Assembly: GCA_036170915.1 (NCBI GenBank)
Contig: JAVHQC010000022.1
Coordinates: 32,001 to 96,000 of the forward strand
Source of the DNA: Cyanobacteria bacterium auto_48_18
GTDB taxonomy: Bacteria; Cyanobacteriota; Vampirovibrionia; Obscuribacterales; Obscuribacteraceae
Length of the DNA stretch: 64,000 nucleotides
Reading direction: 5' to 3'
Shown: positions 36,200 to 45,882 of the stretch, piece after piece
How positions within the stretch are numbered: the first letter of the stretch is position 1
How the letters are laid out: each line of letters begins with the position of its first letter
Made by a program: the position numbers and the translations under genes
The notes under the pieces: generated by a model
What the model was told of the DNA's origin: nothing
What the model saw: only the letters and a program-made list of their open reading frames with translations
The model's database searches: none

Positions 36200-37504
36200 T
36201 TGTTCTTGGCTAAAGCCGTCCGGTGCCTGATGTTAACCGCCTGGCTGGGCTTTTTCATTTTCACTCAGCTGGCCACCATATTACTTTTGGCGCGGCCACT
36301 TGCAGATGGTCAATGGCATTTGCATGCCACAGCCAACAGCCCCACTCTGATTGATTTTTCACAGTCATACCAGGCCGGCCAGCTGGCTGTTTCAAAGCAG
36401 GCGCTTCATATTTATGAGCCTGAAGTGCAGAAGACCTGGGCAAATGGGCTGATACGCCCTTACGTTTTCGATAAAACTTTCTACAATCAGTCTGTTCCTT
36501 TTCTCTATGTTATTTGCATTCCTTTTGGCTTTTTGCCATACAGCAAAGCCTATGTGGTCTGGTGTCTGTTCTGGGAAGTACTTTGCCTTTCTATACTGGG
36601 TGTTTTTCTTCAGCGTCACAGCAGGCTGCAAGGCACAAGCCGTCTGCTTTTTCTTACCGGCGTAATGGCCTCAATTCCCGCTTATTTGTGTGTTTGGCAC
36701 GGTCAAACCACCTTTCTTCTGCTGGCTTGTTTTACGCTTTTTACTCACTTTTTGTTGGCAGGAAAAAATCTTTGGGCGGGAGTATCATTTGCTCTCACCA
36801 CTTTCAAGCCACAGTACGCCCTGCTTTTTGCAAGTGGGCTACTGGGTGCCAGAGCCTTCAAAGTACTTTTGTTTTCCGCTTTATTCGAAGTGTGCTTGAT
36901 GTTAGTAGCCGCACTCTTTCTGGGTTTTGAGAATATCGTCGGTTATCCTCATGTCTTGCTTCACGCTGAGGGAACTGAGAAATTTATTGGTGTCAATCCT
37001 AACTATATGACCAGCGTTAGAGGCTTGCTCAGTGTTTTGTTGCAGCATAAAACCGCCATGCTCACGACCATTGGCTTGTTGTTTGCTTGTTTGTTGCCCT
37101 GGGGCTGGCTGGCCCACAGGTTAGGGCTTGGCCCGGGCAAATTCGATAGTGAGAAAGGGCGCTGGTATCTCGCTCTTACTTTTGTCGCGGCCTTGATTCT
37201 AAGCCCTCACACGCATTATTTTGATTGTTTGCTACTTGCTGTGCCCGCGGCTCTGACATTGCCGTCGCTCAATTTAGTATCTATCTGGGCTAAAGCCGAC
37301 GAGAGCGGTGACCCCAATCGGTTTGTGTGGTACCGGCTCTGGTGCACCATAATGGTTCTTTATCCGCTGGTGAGCTGGCCAATTAATTTTGTCTCTAGCC
37401 GCGAATTGGAAGGAATTTGTTTTCTGGTTCTCAATAGTGCGCTAATGCTTTGCGGCGGCTTAACTTTGCAAAAGCTGGCGGCGGCGAAAACTCAACAGGG
37501 GTAA
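36200..37504 (+). CDS. GT87 (DUF2029) glycosyltransferase
   Basis: IDFSQSY, LPYSKAYVVW, HGQ, FKPQY, LSPHTHYFD. Confidence 0.88.
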   Translation: MFLAKAVRCLMLTAWLGFFIFTQLATILLLARPLADGQWHLHATANSPTLIDFSQSYQAGQLAVSKQALHIYEPEVQKTWANGLIRPYVFDKTFYNQSVPFLYVICIPFGFLPYSKAYVVWCLFWEVLCLSILGVFLQRHSRLQGTSRLLFLTGVMASIPAYLCVWHGQTTFLLLACFTLFTHFLLAGKNLWAGVSFALTTFKPQYALLFASGLLGARAFKVLLFSALFEVCLMLVAALFLGFENIVGYPHVLLHAEGTEKFIGVNPNYMTSVRGLLSVLLQHKTAMLTTIGLLFACLLPWGWLAHRLGLGPGKFDSEKGRWYLALTFVAALILSPHTHYFDCLLLAVPAALTLPSLNLVSIWAKADESGDPNRFVWYRLWCTIMVLYPLVSWPINFVSSRELEGICFLVLNSALMLCGGLTLQKLAAAKTQQG

Positions 37505-37647
37505 GACTTTTCGGCGTGCGGCCAAGCCGGCGGACAAAAAATGCTTCATTAATGTAGCAATCTGGCTCTAGACCCATTAAGATATTTTAGCAATTGCCGT
37601 GCCTGGCAGTTTTGCGCTCCACCAGTGAGAAAGGAAGTCGTTAGCGG

Positions 37648-39234
37648 ATGTCTCAAGTTGCCATTATAGTTGGTGCCGGACCAGCGGGATTGACCGCAGC
37701 TTTTGAGCTTCTTGAACGCAGTGACGTCAAGCCTTTAATCATTGAAAAAGATAGCGTCATCGGTGGTCTTTCGCGCACGATTGAGTACAAAGGCAACCGC
37801 ATTGATATTGGCCCGCACCGGTTCTTTTCAAAATCAGACCGCGTGATGGACTGGTGGATGCAGATGATGCCTGTGCAAGGGCTTCCTGGCCAAGAAGTAG
37901 AAATTTCATATCACAATAAGACACGCACAATTCCTGTCAGTGCCGATGGGCCATCACCTGATGATGTTGAAAATGTGCTGATTACTTTGCAGCGTCAGAC
38001 TCGCATCTATTACCTGCGCAAATTTTTTGATTATCCAATCAGTCTTAAACCAGTGACGTTTACGAACTTGGGCATGGCTCGCACCATACGCATCGGCCTC
38101 AGTTACATGAAAGCCATGGCTATGCCGATTAAGCCTGAAACAAATTTAGAAGAGTTTTTCACCAATCGTTTTGGTCGCGAACTTTATCTCACTTTCTTCA
38201 AAGACTATACAGAAAAAGTGTGGGGCATTTCTTGCTCTAAAATTAGTGCCGCCTGGGGCGCGCAGCGGGTTAAAGGGCTTTCCATTGTTAAAGTGGTGCT
38301 GCACGCTGCCAAAAAAATGTTGGGTTCTGTCACCGATTTGCGCCAGAAAGATACTGAAACATCTTTGGTCGAACAGTTTTTGTATCCGAAGAAAGGCACC
38401 GGTTCAATGTGGCAAGAAGTTGCCGATCGCGTGCTGGCTAAAGGTGGTGAGATTCGCACCAATTCTCAAGTTTCGCGTTTCATTACTGAAGGCAATCGTA
38501 TTACCGGCGTAGAAATCGTCAACAGTGTGAGCGGCGAAAAAGAAGTGCTTTCAGGAGACTATTTCTTTTCTACCATTCCTGTCAAAGAACTGGTGGCAAA
38601 GCTTGACGCAGATGTACCGCAAGAGCCAAAAGAAATCGCTGAAGGGCTTATTTACCGCGATTTCATCGAAGTGGGCATGCTGGTTAACGAACTCAAAGTC
38701 TCAGAGAAAACTCCCACCGGCAAAAAACTGATTGCTGATAACTGGATTTATGTGCAAGAAAATGACGTCATGATCGGTCGTCTGCAAATTTACAACAACT
38801 GGGGCAGCTATATGGTGGCAGACCCTACCAAAGTCTGGTTGGGGCTTGAGTATTTCTGCAATGAAACTGACGATATCTGGACCTGGCCTGACGATAAACT
38901 TAAGCAGCTAGGTGCTGATGAACTCGATAAAATCGGCATTATTGAAAAGTCGCAAGTAGTCGATTCGATGGTCATTCGTATGCCAAAAACTTATCCTGGA
39001 TATTTTGGTTCTTACGATCGTTTTGATGATTTGCGCAAGTACATTGATACGTTTGAAAATCTATTTCTGGTGGGCAGAAACGGCATGCACAAATACAACA
39101 ATCAAGACCATTCAATGCTTACAGCCATGGTGGCAGTTGATAATATCGTCGGTAATATTAAGACCAAAGATAATATTTGGGACGTGAATACTGAAATGGA
39201 ATATCACGAAGAGAAAAAAGGGTCAGATACCTAA
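37648..39234 (+). CDS. FAD-dependent oxidoreductase (protoporphyrinogen oxidase/UDP-galactopyranose mutase-like)
   Basis: [31 protein letters not shown]. Confidence 0.9.
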   Translation: MSQVAIIVGAGPAGLTAAFELLERSDVKPLIIEKDSVIGGLSRTIEYKGNRIDIGPHRFFSKSDRVMDWWMQMMPVQGLPGQEVEISYHNKTRTIPVSADGPSPDDVENVLITLQRQTRIYYLRKFFDYPISLKPVTFTNLGMARTIRIGLSYMKAMAMPIKPETNLEEFFTNRFGRELYLTFFKDYTEKVWGISCSKISAAWGAQRVKGLSIVKVVLHAAKKMLGSVTDLRQKDTETSLVEQFLYPKKGTGSMWQEVADRVLAKGGEIRTNSQVSRFITEGNRITGVEIVNSVSGEKEVLSGDYFFSTIPVKELVAKLDADVPQEPKEIAEGLIYRDFIEVGMLVNELKVSEKTPTGKKLIADNWIYVQENDVMIGRLQIYNNWGSYMVADPTKVWLGLEYFCNETDDIWTWPDDKLKQLGADELDKIGIIEKSQVVDSMVIRMPKTYPGYFGSYDRFDDLRKYIDTFENLFLVGRNGMHKYNNQDHSMLTAMVAVDNIVGNIKTKDNIWDVNTEMEYHEEKKGSDT

Positions 39235-39995
39235 TTTTTCGTGGCCAAACCATCAGTCGATTTAGCAACCGAAAATTCGATGATGCGATAAGGCGGCTGG
39301 TCAGGAATTTTTGCCTTGAGAAGAGGCATAGCAACGTTGTACACCGGTGTGCCTGATATCAATGTACCTTCCAGTGTGCCTTTGTGCACATGACCATGAA
39401 AGACGGCGTTGACAGGGTTACGCAACAGTGGTTCTTCTAATCGGCTGTTACCTAAAAATGGATAAATTTCAACAGGTTCACCAATTACGGTGCCAAGTAT
39501 TGGTGAGTAGTGCAAAACAGCAACGCGGTAGGTAGTGCGCAAGCGTGCCAGGGCCGAATCAAGCTTGAGTGCTTCGCTCATAGCTTCATTGACTATACTT
39601 TTGATGCCGGCTTCGCCCCATGCTCCTAGTGAATGACGGCCGAAGCCACCGATATATCCTTTAATTCCGGCAAAACCTACGCCTAAAATTTCTACGGTGT
39701 CGCCGTCTAAAATGGTGATACCGCCGGCGCTTAGAATTTTGCTCACTTCCTCGGCTTGGCCGGTTTCAAAATCATGATTGCCTAAGACTCCCACCATTGG
39801 AATTTTTACGGAGCTCAGTTCTTTGAGGAGAATATGCGCTTCTTCAGGAGTGCCATAGTCGGTGAGATCTCCGCATAAAATCAGGATGTCAGCCTGGTCG
39901 TTGACGTTGGCAAAAAATGGTGCTATCAGCCCAAGGGCGTTTTTGCCACAGTGAATGTCGCCTACCGCTGCTATTCGCACATTATCTTTTTCCAT
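39231..39995 (-). CDS. calcineurin-like metallophosphoesterase
   Basis: GDIH, GDLTD, GNHD, HGHVH. Confidence 0.93.
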   Translation of the reverse strand: MEKDNVRIAAVGDIHCGKNALGLIAPFFANVNDQADILILCGDLTDYGTPEEAHILLKELSSVKIPMVGVLGNHDFETGQAEEVSKILSAGGITILDGDTVEILGVGFAGIKGYIGGFGRHSLGAWGEAGIKSIVNEAMSEALKLDSALARLRTTYRVAVLHYSPILGTVIGEPVEIYPFLGNSRLEEPLLRNPVNAVFHGHVHKGTLEGTLISGTPVYNVAMPLLKAKIPDQPPYRIIEFSVAKSTDGLATKN

Positions 39996-40161
39996 AATCA
40001 CTAACCAGTTGGTTTTCCTTCAAGTTTTATCACCAATTCGGGAACTATAGACTCTCAATTGCTTCTGTACTCGTTACGGCAGTGACGTACCGGTGGCACG
40101 TTTGTTTCATAGGTTGCGCTTCAAGATGGAAGAACTGCTCGATAGAAATCAGGAGAAAGCC

Positions 40162-40962
40162 ATGGTTGCTCTAAACAAAGGCTTAGATAAAGAAGCCCTC
40201 AATTTTTATGTTGATACGCTCAATCTATTAAATGGCACCGACATTCCTTACTTGGTAGGTGGTGCTTACGCTCTGGCAAAACACGCTGGCGTTGAGAGAC
40301 ACACCCGTGACCTCGATCTGTTCGTGCGTGAGGCAGACTGCAAACGCATTTTAGACTTTCTCGCCGGCCACGGATACAAAACCGAAATGACTTTTCCGCA
40401 CTGGTTGGGCAAAGCTTATTGCGGTGACATCTATATCGATATTATTTTCAGCTCGGGCAATGCCATTGCTTACGTAGATGATAAGTGGTTTGAGCACGCC
40501 GTTGACGGCAATGTTTTTGGAGTAGACGTGAAGCTCTGTCCGGCTGAAGAGATTTTCTGGTCAAAAGCTTTCATCATGGAGCGAGAGCGATTTGACGGGG
40601 CTGATATTGCCCATTTGCTAAGGGCTATGGCTTCTACCCTTGACTGGGAACGTGTGATTGATCGTTTCGACAAACACTGGCGTGTTTTGCTTACCCATTT
40701 AATTTTGTTTGGATTTATCTATCCGGCGGAACAACACAAAATTCCCGGCAAGGTGCTCTCGCAATTGCTTAAAAGAGTTGAAGACGAAATTGGAGTAGAG
40801 CAAAGCAGCCCTTTGAATCTTTGCCAGGGCACATTGCTTTCGCGAGAGCAATATTTACCTGATTTAGACAATTGGAATTATACGGATGCTCGGCTACAGC
40901 CTTGCGGCAACATGTCCAGAGGACAGTTGGCCCACTGGACAGCAGCAATTGCTGAGAAGTAA
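40162..40962 (+). CDS. Pol-beta-fold nucleotidyltransferase family protein
   Basis: LVGGAYA...TRDLDLF; AGGAG SD before ATG at 40162. Confidence 0.88.
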   Translation: MVALNKGLDKEALNFYVDTLNLLNGTDIPYLVGGAYALAKHAGVERHTRDLDLFVREADCKRILDFLAGHGYKTEMTFPHWLGKAYCGDIYIDIIFSSGNAIAYVDDKWFEHAVDGNVFGVDVKLCPAEEIFWSKAFIMERERFDGADIAHLLRAMASTLDWERVIDRFDKHWRVLLTHLILFGFIYPAEQHKIPGKVLSQLLKRVEDEIGVEQSSPLNLCQGTLLSREQYLPDLDNWNYTDARLQPCGNMSRGQLAHWTAAIAEK

Positions 40963-41046
40963 ATTGAATGTCTAATCTGTTACCGGCGTCTTTGATCTGG
41001 GCAAACTCGATTTTCAGGCCAGTAGATTCAAGCGAGGCGTGCTGAG

Positions 41047-41424
41047 ATGCCAACAATTCTCATTGTGGACGATGATCCGGTGACACTGAGTGTGGTTGCC
41101 TTACAGCTCAAGGAGCTTGGTATGGAGTCGCATGCGGCTAGTAGTGGAGTCGATGCCGCCCAGCAGGTGGCTTTAAATCAATATTCGCTGGTTTTGATGG
41201 ATGTGCAAATGCCGCATTTTGATGGCCTGGAAGCAACTCGAGCGATTAGGGAGTTGCAAGTAAACTCTAGCCGGCCACATTTGCCTATAATTGCTATGAC
41301 TGCGGAACCTGATAAAGAAAAATGCCTGGCTTCGGGCATGGACGATTTTCTTTTCAAACCGATATTGCTTGATGATTTTCGCGCTTTGCTTGACCGCTGG
41401 CTTGAACCCGAACCACTCACATAA
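41047..41424 (+). CDS. single-domain response regulator
   Basis: VDDD, LMDVQMP, DDFLFKP. Confidence 0.92.
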   Translation: MPTILIVDDDPVTLSVVALQLKELGMESHAASSGVDAAQQVALNQYSLVLMDVQMPHFDGLEATRAIRELQVNSSRPHLPIIAMTAEPDKEKCLASGMDDFLFKPILLDDFRALLDRWLEPEPLT

Positions 41425-41439
41425 GGAATTAATATCAGG

Positions 41440-42396
41440 ATGACAGGTATAGATCCGGCCACTAAGGCCTTCCTCGAAACAGTCAATGCTCAAAAAGGGC
41501 CAAAGATATACGAGATACCTGTAGACAAAGGACGCGCCGCTTTTACCGGCTTGCAAGACCTTGCCGTAACAAAGTTGCCCGTAGACATTGAAGATAGAGA
41601 GCTAGACCTGGGTGAAGCCGGTCGAGTGGAAGTAAGCATTATGCGGCCTCAGGGCAATACTACTAAGTTGCCCGTAATTATTTATTCGCACGGAGCAGGA
41701 TGGGTTTTTGGTGATCGCCAGATTTACGACCGGCTATTGCGTGATCTCACTGTAGGAGCGCAAGCGGCCCTAGTCTATGTGAACTTCTCACGCTCCCCTG
41801 AAGCTAAGTATCCAGTTGCCATTGAGCAAATTTATGCTGTAGCCAAGTATGTTTATGCCAATAGCGAAAGCTTTAACGTCGACGCGAGCAAGTTTGCTGT
41901 GGCCGGCGACAGTGTGGGCGGCAATATGACGGCGGCTCTGACAATGATGGCCAAAGAACGCGGTGGTGTGAAAATTGGCACCCAGGTGCTCTTCTATCCG
42001 GTCACCAATGCTGAGTTTGATAACGCATCATATAAAGAATTTGCCCACGATCACTTTCTCACCGTGGAAGCGATGAAATGGTTCTGGGATCAATACGCGC
42101 CTGATCACGCCACCAGGAAGGCTCCCACAGCTTCGCCTTTGCTTGCAACGCTAGAACAGCTGCAAGGTCTGCCGCCAGCGCTCGTTATCAATGGCGAAAT
42201 GGATGTTTTGCGAGATGAGGGTGAGGCATACGCGCACAAGCTCATCAGTGCTGGTGTGAGAGTTGAAGCAGTGCGTTTTCATGGCACAATTCATGACTTT
42301 GTCATGCTCAATGCCCTGGCCGAAACTCCCGCAGCCCGCGGCGCTATTGCCATGGCCTGCTCATATTTGCAGCGCTATTTTGCCGGTCAATTTTGA
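41440..42396 (+). CDS. HSL-family alpha/beta hydrolase (esterase)
   Basis: HGAGW, GDSVGG, DVLRDEG, HDF. Confidence 0.95.
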   Translation: MTGIDPATKAFLETVNAQKGPKIYEIPVDKGRAAFTGLQDLAVTKLPVDIEDRELDLGEAGRVEVSIMRPQGNTTKLPVIIYSHGAGWVFGDRQIYDRLLRDLTVGAQAALVYVNFSRSPEAKYPVAIEQIYAVAKYVYANSESFNVDASKFAVAGDSVGGNMTAALTMMAKERGGVKIGTQVLFYPVTNAEFDNASYKEFAHDHFLTVEAMKWFWDQYAPDHATRKAPTASPLLATLEQLQGLPPALVINGEMDVLRDEGEAYAHKLISAGVRVEAVRFHGTIHDFVMLNALAETPAARGAIAMACSYLQRYFAGQF

Positions 42397-42401
42397 TCAG
42401 A

Positions 42402-42551
42402 TTAAACGCTTGTGGTGCGGCCGGTAAGCATGTCAAAAAGAAATACTGCCACAGCTAAAGCTAATAATGTGTGCACGAAGCCGCCGCCAATATGAGATAC
42501 GAGGCCGACGATCCAGAAGAAGACTAATAGAGAAATTAACGTGTAAATCAT
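42402..42551 (-). CDS. lmo0937-family small membrane protein (49 aa)
   Basis: MIYTLISLLVFFWIVGLVSHIGGGFVHTLLALAVAVFLFDMLTGRTTSV; AAGGTG SD; below the ORF-track cutoff. Confidence 0.85.
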   Translation of the reverse strand: MIYTLISLLVFFWIVGLVSHIGGGFVHTLLALAVAVFLFDMLTGRTTSV

Positions 42552-42727
42552 GGTGTGTCACCTTTTTCTTACTACGCAGTCCTAGACTTGATTTACGCCT
42601 TTAAGTTCCGAATGTTGCAGCTCGACTGTAAGCCAAACTTACTGGTAAAAATTGTTGAGTTTGAGCCAATGGCTTGCAAAGCGAATATATTGGAGTGATA
42701 TGTCCGTTCCTTATTTGAGGCAAACTT

Positions 42728-43153
42728 ATGCGTAATCTTGTAAAAATCATGGTGGCACTGGCGGTGGCATCGCCCTTCGTGCCTTGTATGGCCGACGAAC
42801 TGACGCATAGCTCCACCACTACGATTCAAACTTCAACGAAACCAGGTTCAAGCAGTAGTGAATCGGTGGAAGTAAGAAAGGGCGTCAAGTTCAAATTCCG
42901 CGAACGGTTACACAATCTGCACGAAAAAATTGATACAGCTGTGGCTAAAGGCTGGATTACCGCTGCTCAGGCATCAAGCTTTGGCGCCGAAGCCGATCGC
43001 CTCGTCACCGCTACTTCCAACGCAGAAGCTGCTGGTTGGCCGAAAGCACAGGTAGACACGCTCGAGAAGAATGTCACCAAGCTGAATGCCAGTCTGGCTA
43101 CTGCGTCCACAACCAAAAGCGCTAAAGTGACTACGAAGACAACCGTCAAATAA
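42728..43153 (+). CDS. small exported protein
   Basis: Signal peptide; GAGG SD; Thr/Ser-rich. Confidence 0.8.
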   Translation: MRNLVKIMVALAVASPFVPCMADELTHSSTTTIQTSTKPGSSSSESVEVRKGVKFKFRERLHNLHEKIDTAVAKGWITAAQASSFGAEADRLVTATSNAEAAGWPKAQVDTLEKNVTKLNASLATASTTKSAKVTTKTTVK

Positions 43154-43199
43154 AGCGTTAAGTACAACGCCAAGTAAGTCGCGAGTAAAACGTCCAAGC

Positions 43200-43239
43200 A
43201 AAAACGCAGAGAAATTTTCGAAAATTTCTCTGCGTTTTT
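43200..43239. terminator. perfect 40-bp palindrome; terminator between convergent genes
   Basis: AAAAACGCAGAGAAATTTTCGAAAATTTCTCTGCGTTTTT. Confidence 0.8.
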
Positions 43240-43337
43240 CTGTGTTCTTTTTGTTCTACCGGTTGGGGTTAATTTTGGCTTCTACTTTCAATGTGTCCTC
43301 TATGTGGTGGCGTCTATGGTGCGCAAGCTTGTTGCCA

Positions 43338-43697
43338 TCAGGCAATGCAGGCTACAGGAAGCTCCAGTGTGGCTGGAATATTCCACATTACTGATTCACG
43401 ATAAAGAACATCATCTTGGAATAGCCAGTCTGAGCTCTTCTTCATTAACGCGACGTCGATAAAATCGCTGTCTTTGAATGAGTGGCTGACAAATGCCAGT
43501 CTTGGCAATTTGCCTGTTTTATAGCGGTTCTCCTTATTTGTCTTTTCGATTTTTTGCAGCACCTCAACGCGCTCAGCTGCATTAGGTAGATGATTGAGGA
43601 ATTTGGTCAATGTGCCATAGTGCCCTTTTTCTGCGGCATCCGTTAACTCACGGATTTTTGATTCCGGCACCAATGTGCTTGTAGATTTTTCTCTCAT
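43338..43697 (-). CDS. hypothetical protein
   Basis: AAGGAG SD before ATG at 43697. Confidence 0.7.
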   Translation of the reverse strand: MREKSTSTLVPESKIRELTDAAEKGHYGTLTKFLNHLPNAAERVEVLQKIEKTNKENRYKTGKLPRLAFVSHSFKDSDFIDVALMKKSSDWLFQDDVLYRESVMWNIPATLELPVACIA

Positions 43698-43959
43698 GAG
43701 CAAATCTCTCCTTCGTGAACTTTGCTTTAGCCGGGTGACAAAATTGATAGTAGTTGCATCTCTTTACAACGTCACTGGTAAAAATACTAATAAAAGGGGA
43801 AGACCATTGGGGCGCTAGGAGAAAGATTTTTTTTGTAGCCAATTTCAGACTTGTATATCTTTTTGGCTGGCTTTTATTAAAGCGATATCTTTTTGCTGGC
43901 GGCTGCTTGAAAAGTCGAAAAATTTCGCTTTCACTTCTTCTTACCCTGTTTCCCACTAT

Positions 43960-44934
43960 TTGTTTAGGTTATTATTGCGCCATTACAAGTGGGTCTCACA
44001 ATTGCGTTTCTGTTCTAAATCTTGGTTTGTCTGGAGCATCGGCCTGATTCTTCTCCAATCGCCATCGGCCGCTCTGGCCATCGGTGCTGGTTCGTTCACC
44101 GATATAAAGATGACTCCAGAACTAAACTTCGAAGCCGAGGCGCGAGGCGAGCTGCGTACCGATGCATCTGAGCTTGCTGACATTCTAGAAATTCGTCCAT
44201 ATGTAGATCGTCTACGCGAGCATCGCAAACTTGGCCCTGTTGAAACTGCCAGTTTGCCTAAGCCTTTAGTGCATGCCAAATTTATTTGTCTCACCCGCAT
44301 CTTTACCGCATCTGAAGAGGTGCGCAGGCTGAGCGCACGCATCGATGCTGACCTTGCTACTTCAAATGTGGCTTTAGGTGATCTTTGCAACAAACGTGAT
44401 AACACTCGCAACATGATCAACACTCTGAACTTCATGCAGGGTGGCATTCTCGGTATTACCAAGCAATCGATGTTTCTCAATGGAAATTTGAGGAGATCTA
44501 ATTATCCGTTAATTGTCAGCACCAGTGTTGGTACCGGTCTGGCTGTACTCAACACTTTTTTGCCTAACATATACAGAAATAAAATTGGGCAACCGGAAAA
44601 TACTCTTGTGCATTTTCTCAATCCCAAATATCGCCCGCCCGATGCTGAGTACAGCTATTTGTGGAAGTTCTTTACCAGTCAAATTCCAGGCTCATCTTAT
44701 GGTCTGACTCGGCGCGAAGTTTTAGTTAAACACTGGCATGATTTTGCCAAACTGAATGAGAAAGATCAGCTGCTTGAGCGCAAGCTGACAGCCACTCCTA
44801 ATCCAAACGAACATTTGTCCGAAGATATTAATGTGTTGTCTATGCGCATCACTTTGCTGCACGATTTAAAAACTCATGTGGAAGAAATCGACGGTTGCCT
44901 TTACGAATTACAGAAATCGATCAGGTCAGAGTGA
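43960..44934 (+). CDS. exported/membrane hypothetical protein, paralogue A (start uncertain)
   Basis: NFMQGGILGI hairpin and TRREVL..W motifs shared with the next gene. Confidence 0.8.
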   Translation: MFRLLLRHYKWVSQLRFCSKSWFVWSIGLILLQSPSAALAIGAGSFTDIKMTPELNFEAEARGELRTDASELADILEIRPYVDRLREHRKLGPVETASLPKPLVHAKFICLTRIFTASEEVRRLSARIDADLATSNVALGDLCNKRDNTRNMINTLNFMQGGILGITKQSMFLNGNLRRSNYPLIVSTSVGTGLAVLNTFLPNIYRNKIGQPENTLVHFLNPKYRPPDAEYSYLWKFFTSQIPGSSYGLTRREVLVKHWHDFAKLNEKDQLLERKLTATPNPNEHLSEDINVLSMRITLLHDLKTHVEEIDGCLYELQKSIRSE

Positions 44935-45860
44935 TGATAAAGAAAAATATTGTTGTGGCAATGTCAGCCCTGAGTCTGTGTTTTATGCAGCCAGTGTGCG
45001 CACTTGAGCGAATTTTATCCACTGAGCAAACGAATAATTCAGCAACAAGTTCAGCAACAAATTCATCGATTAATTCCGCGATGCCGCTTACTGCTGGTGC
45101 TCGCGAAGCCGCTCAATTACTTGGTTTAATGCCGTTAGTGCAAAGATTGCAAGAAAGCAAGTTGACTGGTGATCCAGCTTTAATGAGCGATGAGCAAATG
45201 GCGATACGGGTGCATCTGCTCGACAGAATTTTAGAAGAATCATTAGAAGTTAGAGTGGTGGCCGATCGCATCGACCGCGAACTGGCCTGGGCCTACACAG
45301 GCAAAGGCATGCTTGAAGCCCGCAGACAAAAAAGACTGAACTATCTCTTTACCGCCAACTTCATGCAAGGCGGAATATTAGGTATTCTGGCTGGACCCAT
45401 GTTTTTGAACAAGCAGCCCACTGCCGGCGCTGAACTCTTATTGATCGGCAGCAGCGTGGGCTTATTGCTCTCGACGCTCGCTCTGGTGGAAAGTCGCAGC
45501 GGCACTAAAAAAATAGATGGTGAAGTGACTGTGCTGGCTGATGTTTACGAGCTTAATCAGTCTGGCACAAAACAGCATGAACCGGCTGTGGTGATGAAGT
45601 TTTTCAATTCTGTTCCGCCAAATTCGCTTGATCACAAAACTCGTCGCGAGGTATTGATCGATGGCTGGAAGCGGGGCAAATATTTGCGCGACACCAGCGA
45701 AAAGCATTTAGACAAATTGGCTGCCATTAACCCGCCCGGAGCAAAATACAAAGAGAATATCGGCTTGTTAGGTGATCGCATTCGCATGCTCTATGACGTG
45801 CAATGGACAATCGAGCAACTCGATGCCGAATTACTCGATTTGATGCGGGCTACACGCTAG
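44934..45860 (+). CDS. exported/membrane hypothetical protein, paralogue B
   Basis: TGATG coupling to the previous gene; signal peptide; NFMQGGILGI, TRREVLI..W. Confidence 0.8.
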   Translation: MIKKNIVVAMSALSLCFMQPVCALERILSTEQTNNSATSSATNSSINSAMPLTAGAREAAQLLGLMPLVQRLQESKLTGDPALMSDEQMAIRVHLLDRILEESLEVRVVADRIDRELAWAYTGKGMLEARRQKRLNYLFTANFMQGGILGILAGPMFLNKQPTAGAELLLIGSSVGLLLSTLALVESRSGTKKIDGEVTVLADVYELNQSGTKQHEPAVVMKFFNSVPPNSLDHKTRREVLIDGWKRGKYLRDTSEKHLDKLAAINPPGAKYKENIGLLGDRIRMLYDVQWTIEQLDAELLDLMRATR

Positions 45861-45882
45861 GGCTACACGTTAGAAAATTTTT

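Noticed and set aside
45847..45872. 13-bp tandem duplication GGGCTACACGCTA/GGGCTACACGTTA at a stop codon
   Set aside because: Simple slippage-type duplication with no element between the copies; same for the 12-nt repeats near 45036 and 43155.
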